Shown here in pieces: positions 1 through 12,179 of a DNA stretch of 64,000 nt. The stretch is taken from positions 206,896,001 through 206,960,000 of the forward strand of contig NC_058368.1 in NCBI RefSeq assembly GCF_018350175.1, in the 5' to 3' direction. A program made the translations under genes and the position numbers. This DNA comes from Felis catus (lineage: Eukaryota). Positions within the stretch are counted from its first letter, which is position 1. Each line of letters begins with the position of its first letter. A model generated the notes under the pieces. The model had not been told where the DNA came from. It did not search any database and worked only from the letters and a program-made list of their open reading frames with translations.

Positions 1-155
1 GAAAACCAATCATGGTTTAGTGAAATCTGGAGACATTCAAATGGGAATGTATGACTAGCATTGGCCACCAAATCGTCCAATGCATTAATTATTTTAATGG
101 TGTGGTCAGTGTACAGTTTGACAATACCATTTGAAAAAATAAATTTAACTTATTT

Positions 156-381
156 TATGTTAATTTTTTTAATGTTTATTTATTTTTGAGAGAGAGAGAG
201 AGAGAGAGGCAGGGTGCAAGCGGGGGAGGGGCAGAGAGAAAAGGAGACACAGAATCCGAAGCAGGCTCCAGGCTCTGAGCTGTCAGCACAGATCCTGGTG
301 TGGGGCTTGAACTCATGAATCGTAAGACCATGACTTGAGGTGAAGTCAGACACTTAACCGAATGAGCCACCCAGGCACCCC
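156..381 (-). mobile_element. Can-SINE (felid SINEC_Fc-type), full length
   Basis: Reverse complement of GGGGTGCCTGGGTGGCTCA head at 363-381, (GA)n stretch and T-rich tail; TSD TAACTTATTT at 146-155 and 382-391. Confidence 0.95.
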
Positions 382-850
382 TAACTTATTTAAAATAGTT
401 AGATAATCTTACAGTATCTAGTGTTTGCTTTTGAGTGAATATCCATTCAATTGTTAGCCTAAGTTCTAGACACCGCTGATGAAATAAAAACAAATCAATT
501 AATCAATGAATCAATAAAAAACATTTCTAAATACAATTTTCCAATTTTCCCAAATTAAAATGTTTAAGTAGGTTCAAGTGTAAATAATTTTAGCTTGGAG
601 TTATATCCTATGGAAGAGTAACTGGGCATTTGAAATAAATCTTTTTTTCCTCCATACAATATTTTGGGCGGGTATACCTCTTGATGAGGATTACATTTTA
701 TTGGATATTTTTCATTTACTTTAAGAATGAAGAACCTTATTTAGAAACAAAGGTGTAATTTTTTTCATGTTGGCTAGCCAAAAACATTTTAAGTTGGGCT
801 GTTCATCAGGATATGAAATTCAGTTTCCCCAAATTAAGGCAAACACTTTT

Positions 851-860
851 TAAAAAATGT

Positions 861-899
<39 letters not shown>

Positions 900-925
900 G
901 AGCAAGTGTGTGCAAGCAGGGAAGG

Positions 926-969
<44 letters not shown>

Positions 970-1094
970 CCCAAGCAAGCTCCGCGCCTCAGCGCAGAGC
1001 CTGGGCTGAGGCTCAGTCCCATACACGGTGAGGCCATGACCTGAGCTGAAATCAAGAGTTGGATGCTTAACTAACTGAGCCACCCAGGTGCCCC
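851..1094 (-). mobile_element. Can-SINE (GAATCCCAAGC/AAATCAAGAG variant)
   Basis: Head ends CACCCAGGTGCCCC; (TTTA)n tail and (GA)n; TSD GGCAAACACTT at 838-848 and 1097-1107. Confidence 0.93.
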
Positions 1095-3322
1095 TTGGCA
1101 AACACTTCTTAAATATTTGTTTGAATCATTAAAGACTTAGATGTCAAATTCATTTTGCAAGGATAGTTTTGAGTTATTTCAGTAATTGGAATCGCTTGAA
1201 AGTGGGAGGTAACCATTTCGCAATATATCTGCTTGATCCTAAAATCATGTAGAAGTTAATGGAAAGGAGATTTCATGGATTTTAGTCCTATTTCTCAGCC
1301 AGAATGCATCCACACTGTTTCAGTGTTTAATTGCCTCCTCTGTGGAAGTGGTTATTTGTTAACATGTGATTAATTTTCCCAGAATTTCTAATTTTGAAGT
1401 TGATTATAGTATCTGTCATTGATAATTCTGTAAGCCTAACAAAACTCCCTCTTTGCCTTGGTCCTGCTTTAACACCTTCAGAAATGATGGTGATAGTGAC
1501 CAAAGCTTCTTGGCTCTGACATGATGATTAGTTACAGTAACATAATAGACAGAATGTCAATATGGTACCAACAGCTTGTGTGGTTAAGTTGTAATAAGCC
1601 TGGCAGCTGGAAAGTAATAATTCAGAAGACTATTTGCCTACATTTTGTGGCATGTTATGGCAATTACTTGGCATTACATATGCTGACAACTTGAGATGAT
1701 GACTTATTTTTATTATAAAAAGAGAAGACTTTTTTGTCATTAAGGTTGGGGAAAAATGAATTATGGAGCACTCATTCCTCTCCCACTGGGCTTTAGCCTG
1801 GGAAGTTTCATCTCTAATTAGGCAAGAACTGGGAATATTTTAATACTTTTGCAACTTGGATGTATTTACTTGGAATATTTAAATTTAAAGTTGAGGCCTT
1901 AGTACCCATTTTTGCATTAATTTTAGTGGTTATTAATTTCTTCTAGTAAACCAATGTCTGAAGAAATTAACAAGGGAAATAGAAAGGTTTTTTTGTAAGA
2001 TTATTCTGGGAATGTTCCTCTTATATCGTCTGAATTAATTCAGAAGTTATTTAAACCCATTTAAACCTTGGTAGCTCCAGGGAACTGTCTTCTGTTTACC
2101 TCAAGACAAGCCCCTTTATGAAAATTTTTACAGCATTTACCTTCATTCAGGACTGATTATGCCCTTCATGTTCTTAGAAATGGTATAAATATAGTTTAAA
2201 TCTTATTAAATCCCAAATTGCTAGATTTAGATATACCGTATCTAAGATTCATATTAAATTCTTAGGAGCAGATGCGAGGTCTATTTTCCCAGAATTTCTA
2301 CAAGGCCATAGAAAATTAGGTCTTAATAATTTTTTAATTGACAGTGATTTGTATTTTTTATTTTCACTTCTTCTTTCAAGTTAGAAGATGCCCATACTAT
2401 GCGCCAAGTAGATCTCATAAGCATATGGGAGAAGTTCATAGTTAAACTCTCTTTCTCATGCCCATCTTAGAAATAATGGACAATTTCAATTTAACCAGGC
2501 CTAACTCAAATGAGTTTTCTTTAAACTAATACATGTGTCAATTACATTTCATTAATTTAAATATTTTTCCTTTTCTGTAGCCTTGTTCTAAAATGATTTC
2601 AGGCAGTTACCAAAATGCATACAAATAAGACCAAGAAAAACGGGGGTTGGAGGAGGGATTAAAAAGTAGACTAACAAATCTGGGAGAACCAAAGTGAGAA
2701 AAATAAGATGAAACTAAGAGTGTAATCAGTCAACCGAGCTGTGAGGATGATGAGTATTCTGTAGCAACAGGAAGCAAATGCCTCTTGAGTTTTCTGGCAG
2801 ACCATTATAACATAGAATCATGAGTTGGTGAAATATCTGAGTGTCCACATAATAAGAGCAAAGCAGTTTATCAGAAGAGTAAAACAGTTCTCCATATTGA
2901 ATCTAGAGAAATATTTTTGCAGTATGTTCTCAGAAAGAAATTAGGGTGCAATGTGATAAAAACTGTTTTCTAGAACATTCTCTTAGCAAATACAAAAGTA
3001 TGTTTCAGGAAGCTGTTTCTTATAATGTCCCTCAAAGTGGATTAGAGGTATCAGATCGTAGAATAATTAAGGGGAAAAAAAAGAAAAAGTAGAAAGACTA
3101 CAGGATGGTAAAGCAACATGCGGTTTTCTTGGGAGTCTGGCTTGATTCATGGAGAGCATAGGGTAGAGAGAAATTTATCCATATAGTCACCACCTGACCT
3201 CAAAATGTCCTATGGCATGTCATTAAATGCTGTCCAATTACATTGTATAGCCATTCCTAACATCAAAACAAGTAGTGAGTATACTTTGTAATTATCTGTT
3301 TACTTTAAAGCATACTTGTTCT

Positions 3323-3542
3323 GGGGAGCTTGGGTGGCTCAGTTGGTTAAGTATCCGACTTCGGCTCAGGTCATGATGTCACAATTGATGGGTTCAAGCC
3401 CCATGTTGGGCTCTGTGCTGACAGCTTAGAGCCTAGAGCCTGCTTCAAATTCTGTGTCTCCCTCTCTTCTGTGCCCCTCCTGCACTCATGCTCTGTCTCT
3501 CTCTGTCTCTCAAGAAAATAAATAAAAATGTTTAAAAAAAGA
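3323..3542 (+). mobile_element. Can-SINE
   Basis: GGGGAGCTTGGGTGGCTCAG head and AATAAA tail; TSD TTTAAAGCATACTTGTTCT at 3304 and 3543. Confidence 0.95.
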
Positions 3543-3679
3543 TTTAAAGCATACTTGTTCTGAAAAATTAAAAATAATACAGGCTTGTATTAAAATAAAA
3601 AGTTGTAATCTCTCCACTTGTATTCTCACTTTCCAGAGTTAACCCTCTTAACTATTTTGGGTCTATCAGAGCATTTTCT

Positions 3680-4107
3680 TTCTTTTTTTTTTTTTTATAT
3701 GAAATTTATTGACAAATTGGTTTCCATACAACACCCAGTGCTCATCCCAAAAGGTGCCCTCCTCAATACCCATCACCCACCCTCTCCTCCCTCTCACCCC
3801 CCATCAACCCTCAGTTTGTTCTCAGTTTTTAAGAGTCTCTTATGCTTTGGCTCTCTCCCACTCTAACCTGTTTTTTTTTTTCCTTCCCCTCCCCCATGGG
3901 TTCCTGTTAAGTTTCTCAGGGTCCACATAAGAGTGAAACCATATGGTATCTGTCTTTCTCTGTATGGCTTATTTCACTTAGCATCACACTCTCCAGTTCC
4001 ATCCACGTTGCTACAAAAGGCCATATTTCATTTTTTCTCATTTCCACGTAATATTCCATTGTGTATATAAACCACAATTTCTTTATCCATTCATCAGTTG
4101 ATGGACA
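3680..4107 (-). mobile_element. 5'-truncated felid L1, 3' end
   Basis: Poly-T followed by L1 3'UTR (CATACAACACCCAGTGCTCATCCC) and end of ORF2; perfect 16-bp TSD TATCAGAGCATTTTCT at 3664-3679 and 4108-4123. Confidence 0.95.
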
Positions 4108-4280
4108 TATCAGAGCATTTTCTAAAAGTATAATCTATTTATCTCTATTTAATTTTTAATAAAGTGGAATAATAACATATCTTTATGTTTTATAGTTTCA
4201 TAGTTTTTTTTAAAGCTGACTCTATATTCTGGACTTCTGTGCCTTCCTGGCTTTTCCATGCCTTTCCTAAAGTAGTACAG

Positions 4281-4455
4281 TTTACCAGCTGTGTGGCTTG
4301 GGCAAGTTATTTAATCATTGTGAATTTCATTTTCTCATTTGAGAAATAGGAATGATAAATAGTATTTAATTTGTAGGAGTGTTATAAGGATTAAATGAAG
4401 TACTATGTTCACGACATTTATAATAGTGGCTGGTACTATAGACCACTCAAAAACA

Positions 4456-4456
<1 letters not shown>
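4281..4456 (+). mobile_element. MIR
   Basis: CTGTGTGGCTTGGGCAAGTTATTTAA...TTTCTCATTTG...AGGATTAAATGA core; (TTA)n follows at 4457-4496. Confidence 0.8.
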
Positions 4457-4497
<41 letters not shown>

Positions 4498-4599
4498 ATA
4501 GTTTTGCTTTTACTGACTGCATTCTGTAAAGTATAATTTATACTTTATATAATCAATTTTATATTGTTGGATACTGAGATAGTGGAGCCTGTGTGTTTG

Positions 4600-4947
4600 T
4601 GTGTGGTAAAAGTACTTAACATGAGTTATACTTTCTTAACAAATGTTTAAGTGCATAAATACAGTACTGTTAACTCTAGGCACAATGTTGCACAGCAGAT
4701 CTCTAGAGCTTTGTCATGCATAACTGAAACTTTATGCCCATTGAACTTCAACTCCTCAGCCCCTGATAACTACCATTCTACCTTGTTTCTATGAGTTTGA
4801 CTCTTTTAGATACCTCATATAAGTGGAATATGATACTTGTCTTTCTCTGTCTGGTTTATTTATGTAGTATAATGTTCTCCAGGTTTATCCTCTGCTATCC
4901 CATACAATAGGATTTCCTTCTTTTTTTAAGGCTGAATAATTCATTGA
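4600..4947 (-). mobile_element. Old L1 (L1MA8/9-like) 3' fragment
   Basis: TTTCTATGAGTTTGACTCTTTTAGATACCTCATATAAGTGGAAT...TTTAAGGCTGAATAA, typical of an L1MA 3' end read antisense. Confidence 0.8.
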
Positions 4948-5764
4948 AAGCTGAAGTAGTGGGACCTAGATTTTGAACTGGAATATACAATAAGATGGTT
5001 TTGCATGTTTAAAGAAGAGATAATGGCTGGTTTGAAAGAACTGGGGAGCAAAGTAGGAATTGGCTCAGGAGAGAGAATGCTAACAAGTTCAAGAGGAGGC
5101 ATAAGGGACCTTGCTAAAGGGATTCTCCAGGCAGTTTCCTGTTTCTCAGTACAATCACATCTAGCTTTCTAGAAAAAGGGTTGTCTTTTTTCCCTTAAAA
5201 TCCCCATGCAAGGTCTAAGAAATGCCACAATATTAATTTTAGCACTCAGAAAAATTTTTATAAAAACAGAGAAGTAGCCACCCTGGGCTCCACAAAGACT
5301 GAGCAAAGTATACAATCAAAACAAACAAAAAGCTCACAGCTTAATCTGAAGCACCAACGGACCCTCCCTTTACTAATGAACAATGGGCAATCCATTATTA
5401 GCGCACAGTGTGGCTTGGCACAAAATTTAATTCAAAGTATTAGTTCTGCTAATTCCTTGCTTATATTTTAAAGGTACTAATGGGGCTTTTAAGAAACTAG
5501 ATCAAACTGATTGATTTCAGGGTTGAATTTACTTGCCTTGAGCACTGAGCTTAAATTGTCAGAGGTTGGTGAAAAAGATACACGGACATAGTTGTGGTAA
5601 GTTGCTATGGGCCTTTTGCTACATGCTCAGCAATCTCTAACATTACTCAATGCTAACTATTCAGTTTAGTTAACTAAAAATTCCAAAAATGACTATTTAT
5701 TGAGCAGTAAATATGTGCCACACATTAATGCTAGGTGCTTTACAATTCTTCTCACTAATGTTTA

Positions 5765-6222
5765 TACATTGAGTTGAATAGTGTCTCCACAAGAATGCAT
5801 GTGAACTTCAGAATGTGACCTTAACTGGAAATAGAGTCTTTGAAGATATAAGATGTTAGTTAAAATGAGGTCATACTGGAGTAGGATGGGTCCTGATCCA
5901 ATGACTCATGTCTTTATATGAAGAAAAAAGAGAGACACAGAGATACACAGACATCCACAGCAAGGATGTCATGTAATGACAGAGGCGGAGTTTGGAGTGA
6001 TGACATGTACAAGCCAAGGAACACCAACCACTGCCCACACCTACCAGAAGCTAAGAAAGATGCGTGGGATAGCTTCTTCTTCAGAGCCTTCAGAAGGAAC
6101 CAAGCCTGCTGACACCTAAATTTCAGACTTCTGGCCTCCAAAACTTTGAGAAAATAAATTTTAGTTTTTTTAAGCCACCAGTTTGTGCTACTTTGTTACA
6201 TCTGCCCTAGGAAACTGATACA
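5765..6222 (+). mobile_element. MaLR solo LTR (MLT1B/C-like)
   Basis: GAATGTGACCTTAACTGGAAATAG...AAAATGAGGTCATACTGGAGTAGG...CAGACTTCTGGCCTCCA...CCCTAGGAAACTGATACA. Confidence 0.88.
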
Positions 6223-7329
6223 ATTCACATTAACACTTCCAGGTAAGTGTCAATGTCTCTTTTGAACAAATTTTAAAATATGACCTGAATCCAAGTCTTA
6301 TGCTCACTCCACTGTCTTTTAACCAAGCTCATTAAACAGTACGGAATAATAATTAGGTGATCCAATGAAAAGTATTATCTAAAGAGTTTATGCTAATTGA
6401 CCCATACACTGTTTCATTCCAATTCCAGGAGGAATTTCCCTCATCTTGAAGGTCAGTACTGCTTCAAGTTGATTATTACTACTTTGCTAAAACCTGTGGC
6501 CCAGGGAACAGCCGAAGAGAGATGGTTTTGGTGATTTCCAAACCACATTAAGTTTCCTATGCTTGGAGGAGGGAAAGTTAAGGATATTGGAAGATGCATG
6601 CAAGGCAAAGAATGTACACATTCTTCCCAGAAGAATCTGCTACAGGATACCAGGGAATGAATGGGAATCCAGCATTGAGAACTCCTCTGCTGTCTGTGGA
6701 TTACCATGAACAGGGTTGGGAAAAAAGATGGTAACCCTAAATGTCACAGCAAAAGGTTATAAACATGAGCACTGAGTCATGTGCAGTCATATATGCAGGG
6801 TGGAACAGGAAGAACCAGGAATGGAGGTCTGACTTGGCCCAAGGAACAAAATGGACCATATGGCACTCAGACAAGAAGTCACAAGAAGGAGTTGGTCTGG
6901 AAAGAAGTGTGTGAACACCATATATCCTGAAGGAAATGCCAAAATTTAGATTCATGCTGAACTGGAAGGTGAAATAGCCAGTAAATGGGGAAGATCAGGG
7001 TCAAGAGATTCAGGACAGAGGACAGATATAAATTGAAACAGACTAAATCTATGACAGGGGGTCAAATATCAGAAATTGAAGTTACATTCATAGAACAAAT
7101 AAGGATGAACCATTTATCATGTCCTTGACACAAGTTTGGGGCTTCTGACAGAACTAACTGTGTTTCATATGTTTAAGGGGTTTGTGCAGGTGACAGAAAG
7201 CTTGCTCCCAGTTTTTTTCTTATTATGGAAACTCTGTGCTGATTATATAATGCTTAACCTGTATACCCAGTTGGTATATGTCTTAACCTCTCTGCCTGAT
7301 GGTATGCCCCTGTGAGTATTAACTGAAAT

Positions 7330-7422
7330 CATTTGAGCACCTACCGTGTGCCAGGCACTTGCCAGTGCTTCACACACATTGTGATGTCATTCTTTCTTTT
7401 TAATACAAACAATCCTGAAGAG
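7330..7422 (-). mobile_element. MIR fragment
   Basis: TTGAGCACCTACCGTGTGCCAGGCACT, antisense MIR 3' end. Confidence 0.6.
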
Positions 7423-8059
7423 TTTAAATGTAGAGAGATAAATAACAACTGTTTTTTGTTGTTATTATTGGTCTTGTTTCCATCCCACCCTTCATGCCTT
7501 ATTCATTGCCATAAATATCTGGTCCTTGTAGCAATAGTGTGTTGGATGCGATGGGCATACTTTGTATACACACAGCAGTGTAGGTATGTGCTGCTTACTA
7601 GAGCAGGGTCTTTGTGGCTGGAGATTTTGGCAGTTGTGGAAGACTACGTCTTCTGGGGGAGATTATGGTAAAATGAGGTAGAAGACTGAGAAGAGAAGTC
7701 CAGAGTCATTCTATGTGATAAGGTGCCTGAAGGTGTTTGCAGTGGATTTTATCATATTTCCCACAAGGGCAGGGATTAATGTCAGAGTGTGAATTGCCTC
7801 AAGTAGAGAGTGAGAAGCTATTCAGAGAGGGAGTGCCTCAGGGAGGGTGGAAGGGTATTTACGGAAATATCTTGACTCTTTCCTCATAAAACTGTAGGGG
7901 AGAGAGAACTTTCATTGTTTCCTCTGAGGTTCTTCCAGCTGGTTTAGGAATTAAATTGACATGAGACAAATTAACAGAAGAAACAAAAATTATTATGTGT
8001 GCATGGAGGCCTGATAATGAAATTGAGACCCAAAGTAATGACCAAGGCAGTCTGTTTTT

Positions 8060-8539
8060 TGTTTGTTTGTTTGTTTGTTTGTTTTTTCAATATATGAAAT
8101 TTATTGCCAAAATGGTTTCCATACAACACCCAGTGCTCATCCCAACAGGTGCCCTCCTCAATACCCATCACCCACCCTCCCCTCCCTCCCACCCCCCATC
8201 AGCCCTCAGTTTGTTCTCAGTTTTTAAGAATCTCTTATGCTTTGGCTGTCTCCCACTCTAACCTCTTTTTTTTTTCCTTCCCCTCTCCCATGGGTTCCTG
8301 TTAAGTTTCTCAGGATCCACATAAGAGTGAAAACATACGGTATCTGTCTTTCTCTGTATAGCTTATTTCACTTAGCATCACACTCTCCAGTTCCATCCAC
8401 GTTGCTACAAAGGGCCATATTTTGTTCTTTCTCATTGCCACGTAGTACTCCATTGTGTATATAAACCACAATTTCTTTATCCATTCATCAGTTGATGGAC
8501 ATTTCGGCTCTTTCCATAATTTGGCTATTGTTGAGAGTG
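8060..8539 (-). mobile_element. 5'-truncated felid L1 nested in the LTR
   Basis: Same L1 3'UTR as 3680; (GTTT)n tail; TSD CAAGGCAG(T/G)CTGTTTTT at 8043-8059 and 8540-8556. Confidence 0.95.
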
Positions 8540-8631
8540 CAAGGCAGGCTGTTTTTATACATTTTAGACAAAGCGATAATTTGTGAGGAAAGTTACAGGA
8601 TGTAGAAAAAGAAGATGCTTGGTAGTTTTAA

Positions 8632-8850
8632 AATTTTTTTGACTTTGTTTTATTTATTATTGAGAGACAGAGAGAGACAGAGCACGAGCATGGGAGAGGT
8701 AGAGAGAGAGAGGGAGACACAGAATCTGAAGCAGGCTCCAGGCTCCGGGCTGGCAGCACAGAGCCTGATGTGGGGCTTGAAGTCACAGACCGCGGGATCA
8801 TGACCTGCACCGAAGTCGGACACCCAACGGACTGAGCCACCCAGGCACGC
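8632..8850 (-). mobile_element. Can-SINE nested in the LTR
   Basis: TSD CTTGGTAG(T/C)TTTAA at 8618-8631 and 8851-8864. Confidence 0.95.
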
Positions 8851-8980
8851 CTTGGTAGCTTTAATTAGTAAGGAATTGTAAGCAGAATTTGGGCTGAGGT
8901 AGTAGATTAGTAAAACAAACAAACAAAAAACAAACCAAGATTTGTTTCTATAGTTTTGTTAGCTTTAAAGTTCCTATCTC

Positions 8981-9179
8981 GGGGTGCCTGGGTGGCTCAG
9001 TCAGTTAGGTGACCGACTTTGGTTGGGATCATGATCTTGTGGTCTGTGAGTTCGAGTCCCGCATCGGGCTCTGTGCTGACAGCTCAGAGCCTGGAGCCTG
9101 CTTCGGGTTCTGTGTTTCCCTCTCTCTTTGCCCCTCCCCTGCTCTCTCTCTGTCTCCAACTTAAATAAGTAACCATTTT
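8981..9179 (+). mobile_element. Can-SINE, first monomer of a tandem pair
   Basis: GGGGTGCCTGGGTGGCTCAG head; short tail AAATAAGTAACCATTTT. Confidence 0.93.
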
Positions 9180-9180
9180 G

Positions 9181-9377
9181 GGGGCACCTGGGTGGCTCAG
9201 TCAGTTAAGCTTCCCACTTCTGCTCAGGTCATGATCTCAGGGTTTGTGAGTTCAAGCCCCCCACCCTGCTCTGTGCTGACAGCTCAGAGCCTGGAGCCTG
9301 CTTCGGATTCTGTGTCTCCCTCTGTCTCTTTGCCCCTCCCCTGCTCATGCTCTTGTCTCTCTCTCTCTCTCAATGTC

Positions 9378-9403
<26 letters not shown>
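9181..9403 (+). mobile_element. Can-SINE, second monomer of a tandem pair
   Basis: GGGGCACCTGGGTGGCTCAG head; pure A-run 9378-9406; outer TSD AAAGTTC(C/T)TATCTC at 8967-8980 and 9404-9417. Confidence 0.93.
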
Positions 9404-9409
<6 letters not shown>

Positions 9410-9687
9410 CTTATCTCTTATCATAAGGATGTCTTTTTATTTTGTGGTACACTGAGGGCAGTTTTCATATGGGAGATTTATTTCCTGCTTTCAGGGGGAC
9501 AGAGGAGGGTCAGTGTGTCCTTGCACCAGCTGTTTCCCAAAGAGCTTGGGAATATGCCATTGTGGTACATTTTGGAGTAGCCTGCCCCAGACCCTGACAA
9601 AACCTTACCAAGCTAACTCCCATTCCAAATAAAACATCTCAGGTACTTTCCTGTAGCTCTTCAAGATACATCGGTACTACCTTAAGA

Positions 9688-9878
9688 GTATAGTGTAGTT
9701 AGAAATTCAAACATGAGTTTAGCCATTTACCAGTCACATAAAGCTTGAAAAAGTTACTTCTCCTTTTTGAACCTCAGTTTCTTTATCTGTAAAATTAGAT
9801 AATACCTACCTTGCAGGGTGTGTGAGACGGTTATGTTTTCGGGCTGGCAATGAAAAGTATTTAGTAAATTGTAGTTCT
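9688..9878 (+). mobile_element. MIR
   Basis: GAACCTCAGTTTCTTTATCTGTAAAAT...AATACCTACCTTGCAGGGT core. Confidence 0.8.
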
Positions 9879-9900
9879 CCAATTATCCCAAACTATGCAC

Positions 9901-9951
<51 letters not shown>

Positions 9952-9955
9952 TCCT

Positions 9956-10000
<45 letters not shown>

Positions 10001-10011
10001 TTTCTTTCTTT

Positions 10012-10093
<82 letters not shown>

Positions 10094-10095
10094 TC
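9901..10095. repeat. (TTTC)n compound microsatellite
   Basis: About 195 bp pure-pyrimidine tetranucleotide repeat. Confidence 0.98.
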
Positions 10096-10590
10096 CTTGT
10101 ACTTTCCTTAACAAATGCCTTAGGAATATGAAAAGTAATTTTATAAAAAAAAAAACAGTTAACTTTCTGTATACTAAGAATTATACTAGATTATAGAGAT
10201 ATGAAGATGATAAAATCAAGTGTCTATTTTTGATCAACACATAGTCTTATAGGGACAAAAACACGTTTAAAAAAGTGAATATAACTAGTAGAGAAAATTC
10301 ATGCGTAAGCTTCTGGAGAAAGGAACACAAAACCTAATTGAAGCAGAATTTCTCAGTATTGAGGTCATACTGAATTAATCAACCAGGAAAATGAAAAAAA
10401 AAAAAAACCCTTATTGTTTGATATTTGAATTATTAAAACTTTTTTAATATGACTCATTAAATTAATTCTGAGAAGTAGTTTGCTAGAATTTATTTGGTAC
10501 AAGTATTTTAGGTATTCTTAGCATATTAAAAGATATTTTAGCATTTATTTTGGGACATTTGGTAAGACTTCAGAGTGCTTTAAACATTTA

Positions 10591-10795
10591 TTTTATTATT
10601 TGAAAAAAATTTTTAATGTTTATTTTTGAGAGAGGGTGGGGAGGGGCAGAGAGAGAGGGAGGCACAGAATTGGAAGCAGACTCCAGGGTCCATGCTGTCA
10701 GCACAGAGCCCAACATGGGGCTCAAACTCATGAAGGTGAGATCATGACTTGAGAGGAAGTCGGACGCTCAATCGGCTGAGCCACCCAGGTGCCCC
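10591..10795 (-). mobile_element. Can-SINE
   Basis: TSD CAGAGTGCTT(T/C)AAACATTTA at 10571-10590 and 10796-10815. Confidence 0.95.
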
Positions 10796-10834
10796 CAGAG
10801 TGCTTCAAACATTTAGAAAAATGTTCTCTATGTA

Positions 10835-11045
10835 GGGGCACCAGGGTGGCTCAGTCGGTTGAGCGTCCGACTTTGGCTCAGGTCGTGATCTCATGGTTCG
10901 TGAATTTGAGCCCCGCGTCAGGCTCTGGGCTGACAGCTCAGAGCCTGGAGCCCACTTCGGATTCTGTGTCTCCCTCTGTCTGTCCCTCCTCTGCTTGCAC
11001 TCTGTCTCTCACATTGTCTCAAAAATAAATAAACGTTAAAAAAAT
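10835..11045 (+). mobile_element. Can-SINE
   Basis: GGGGCACCAGGGTGGCTCAGTCGG head; degenerate TSD TTTAGAAAAAT(G/A)TTCT at 10812 and 11046. Confidence 0.95.
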
Positions 11046-12179
11046 TTTAGAAAAATATTCTGTGTTGAGACTAGAATTTTTAAAAACATATAACCATAAT
11101 GCAAATGAAAAAATTTAAATATTTTCTAATTATCTGCATGTTCACATGTTTCTTATATGATTCAGATATTAGATGCCAATAGTGTGTATTTTTACTCGTG
11201 GATTCCTGGGGAAAATATCATGAAAAGGAAAAATTATTATAGGGAGACAGAAATGAAGAGTGACAGATTGTTAGCCACCCCCCTCCCCCGCCACACACAA
11301 AATCTCTGGTTCCCATATATCTCAACACTTACATTTCAACTCTTACAACTGTTTTCTCTTTACTCCTCATCAGGAGGGGATAGTAAATGTTGAAAATCTG
11401 AACCTATTCTTCAATATCATCTCCCTCTGTCTGCAACCTTCACCCAAATCCTAATGATGAAATGATAGCTCTGAATGGTAGTTTTTTATTTAAAGTTTGT
11501 ATTTTATTTTCAGATAAAGCCATGTAAAAAAAAGGTAGTTTTTCATTTTAAATTTTTATTTTATTTTCTGATGAAGCCATGTAATCCTATCCTTATGTTA
11601 CTTTTAAATACGTGTTCATTTATTTAAACCACTAATTCCTAATTCCTTTCAAAGTAGACCTTTCTGAAAGATTATATCAGATCATGATAGTTCTAATTTT
11701 AACATTGATGAACAAGATTTAGTAGTACCACATGAAATATGTTACATTCCAGAGGAAGGATTAGTTTGAGTCTTTTAATTTGCAATTTTGTTTTCTTGAG
11801 CCACCATAACATGCTTTATAAACAGCAGCTTGCAAAAAAATGTGGGTACAGGTTCTAATGAGAGAAAAACAAAATGGCTTCCTGGGAACATGAGTTGTGG
11901 CTTGACTCCCATCAGGGGCCAAAGCAAATATGAGCCCACAAAATGAAAAGGGCTGTGTCTGACTTTGAATTGTTGTTATCGTCATTGTAAAAAAACTCAT
12001 TGTTCACTAAGCAAGATATAAACTATTCAAATTAACTGGATGTGTTACTTATTGGAACTAGGCAAAGAGCTTAAAATTCAAGCTATTTCCTTGTGCCAAG
12101 GATTGACTGTACTGTTCATGTTCTGAGATAAACATCCTTAACATTGTTGGCAATTTGCAAAATGTGAAGGGTGTACTTT

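Larger units (their letters stand above)
7893..9599 (-). mobile_element. ERV1 solo LTR (MER34-like) interrupted by an L1 and three SINE copies
   Basis: TG...CA termini (TGTAG at 7893, TGACA ending 9599); 4-bp TSD AAAC at 7889-7892 and 9600-9603; minus-strand start TGTCAGGGTCTGGGGCAGGCTACTCCAAAATGTACC...GGCATAT resembles the MER34 family. Confidence 0.75.
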
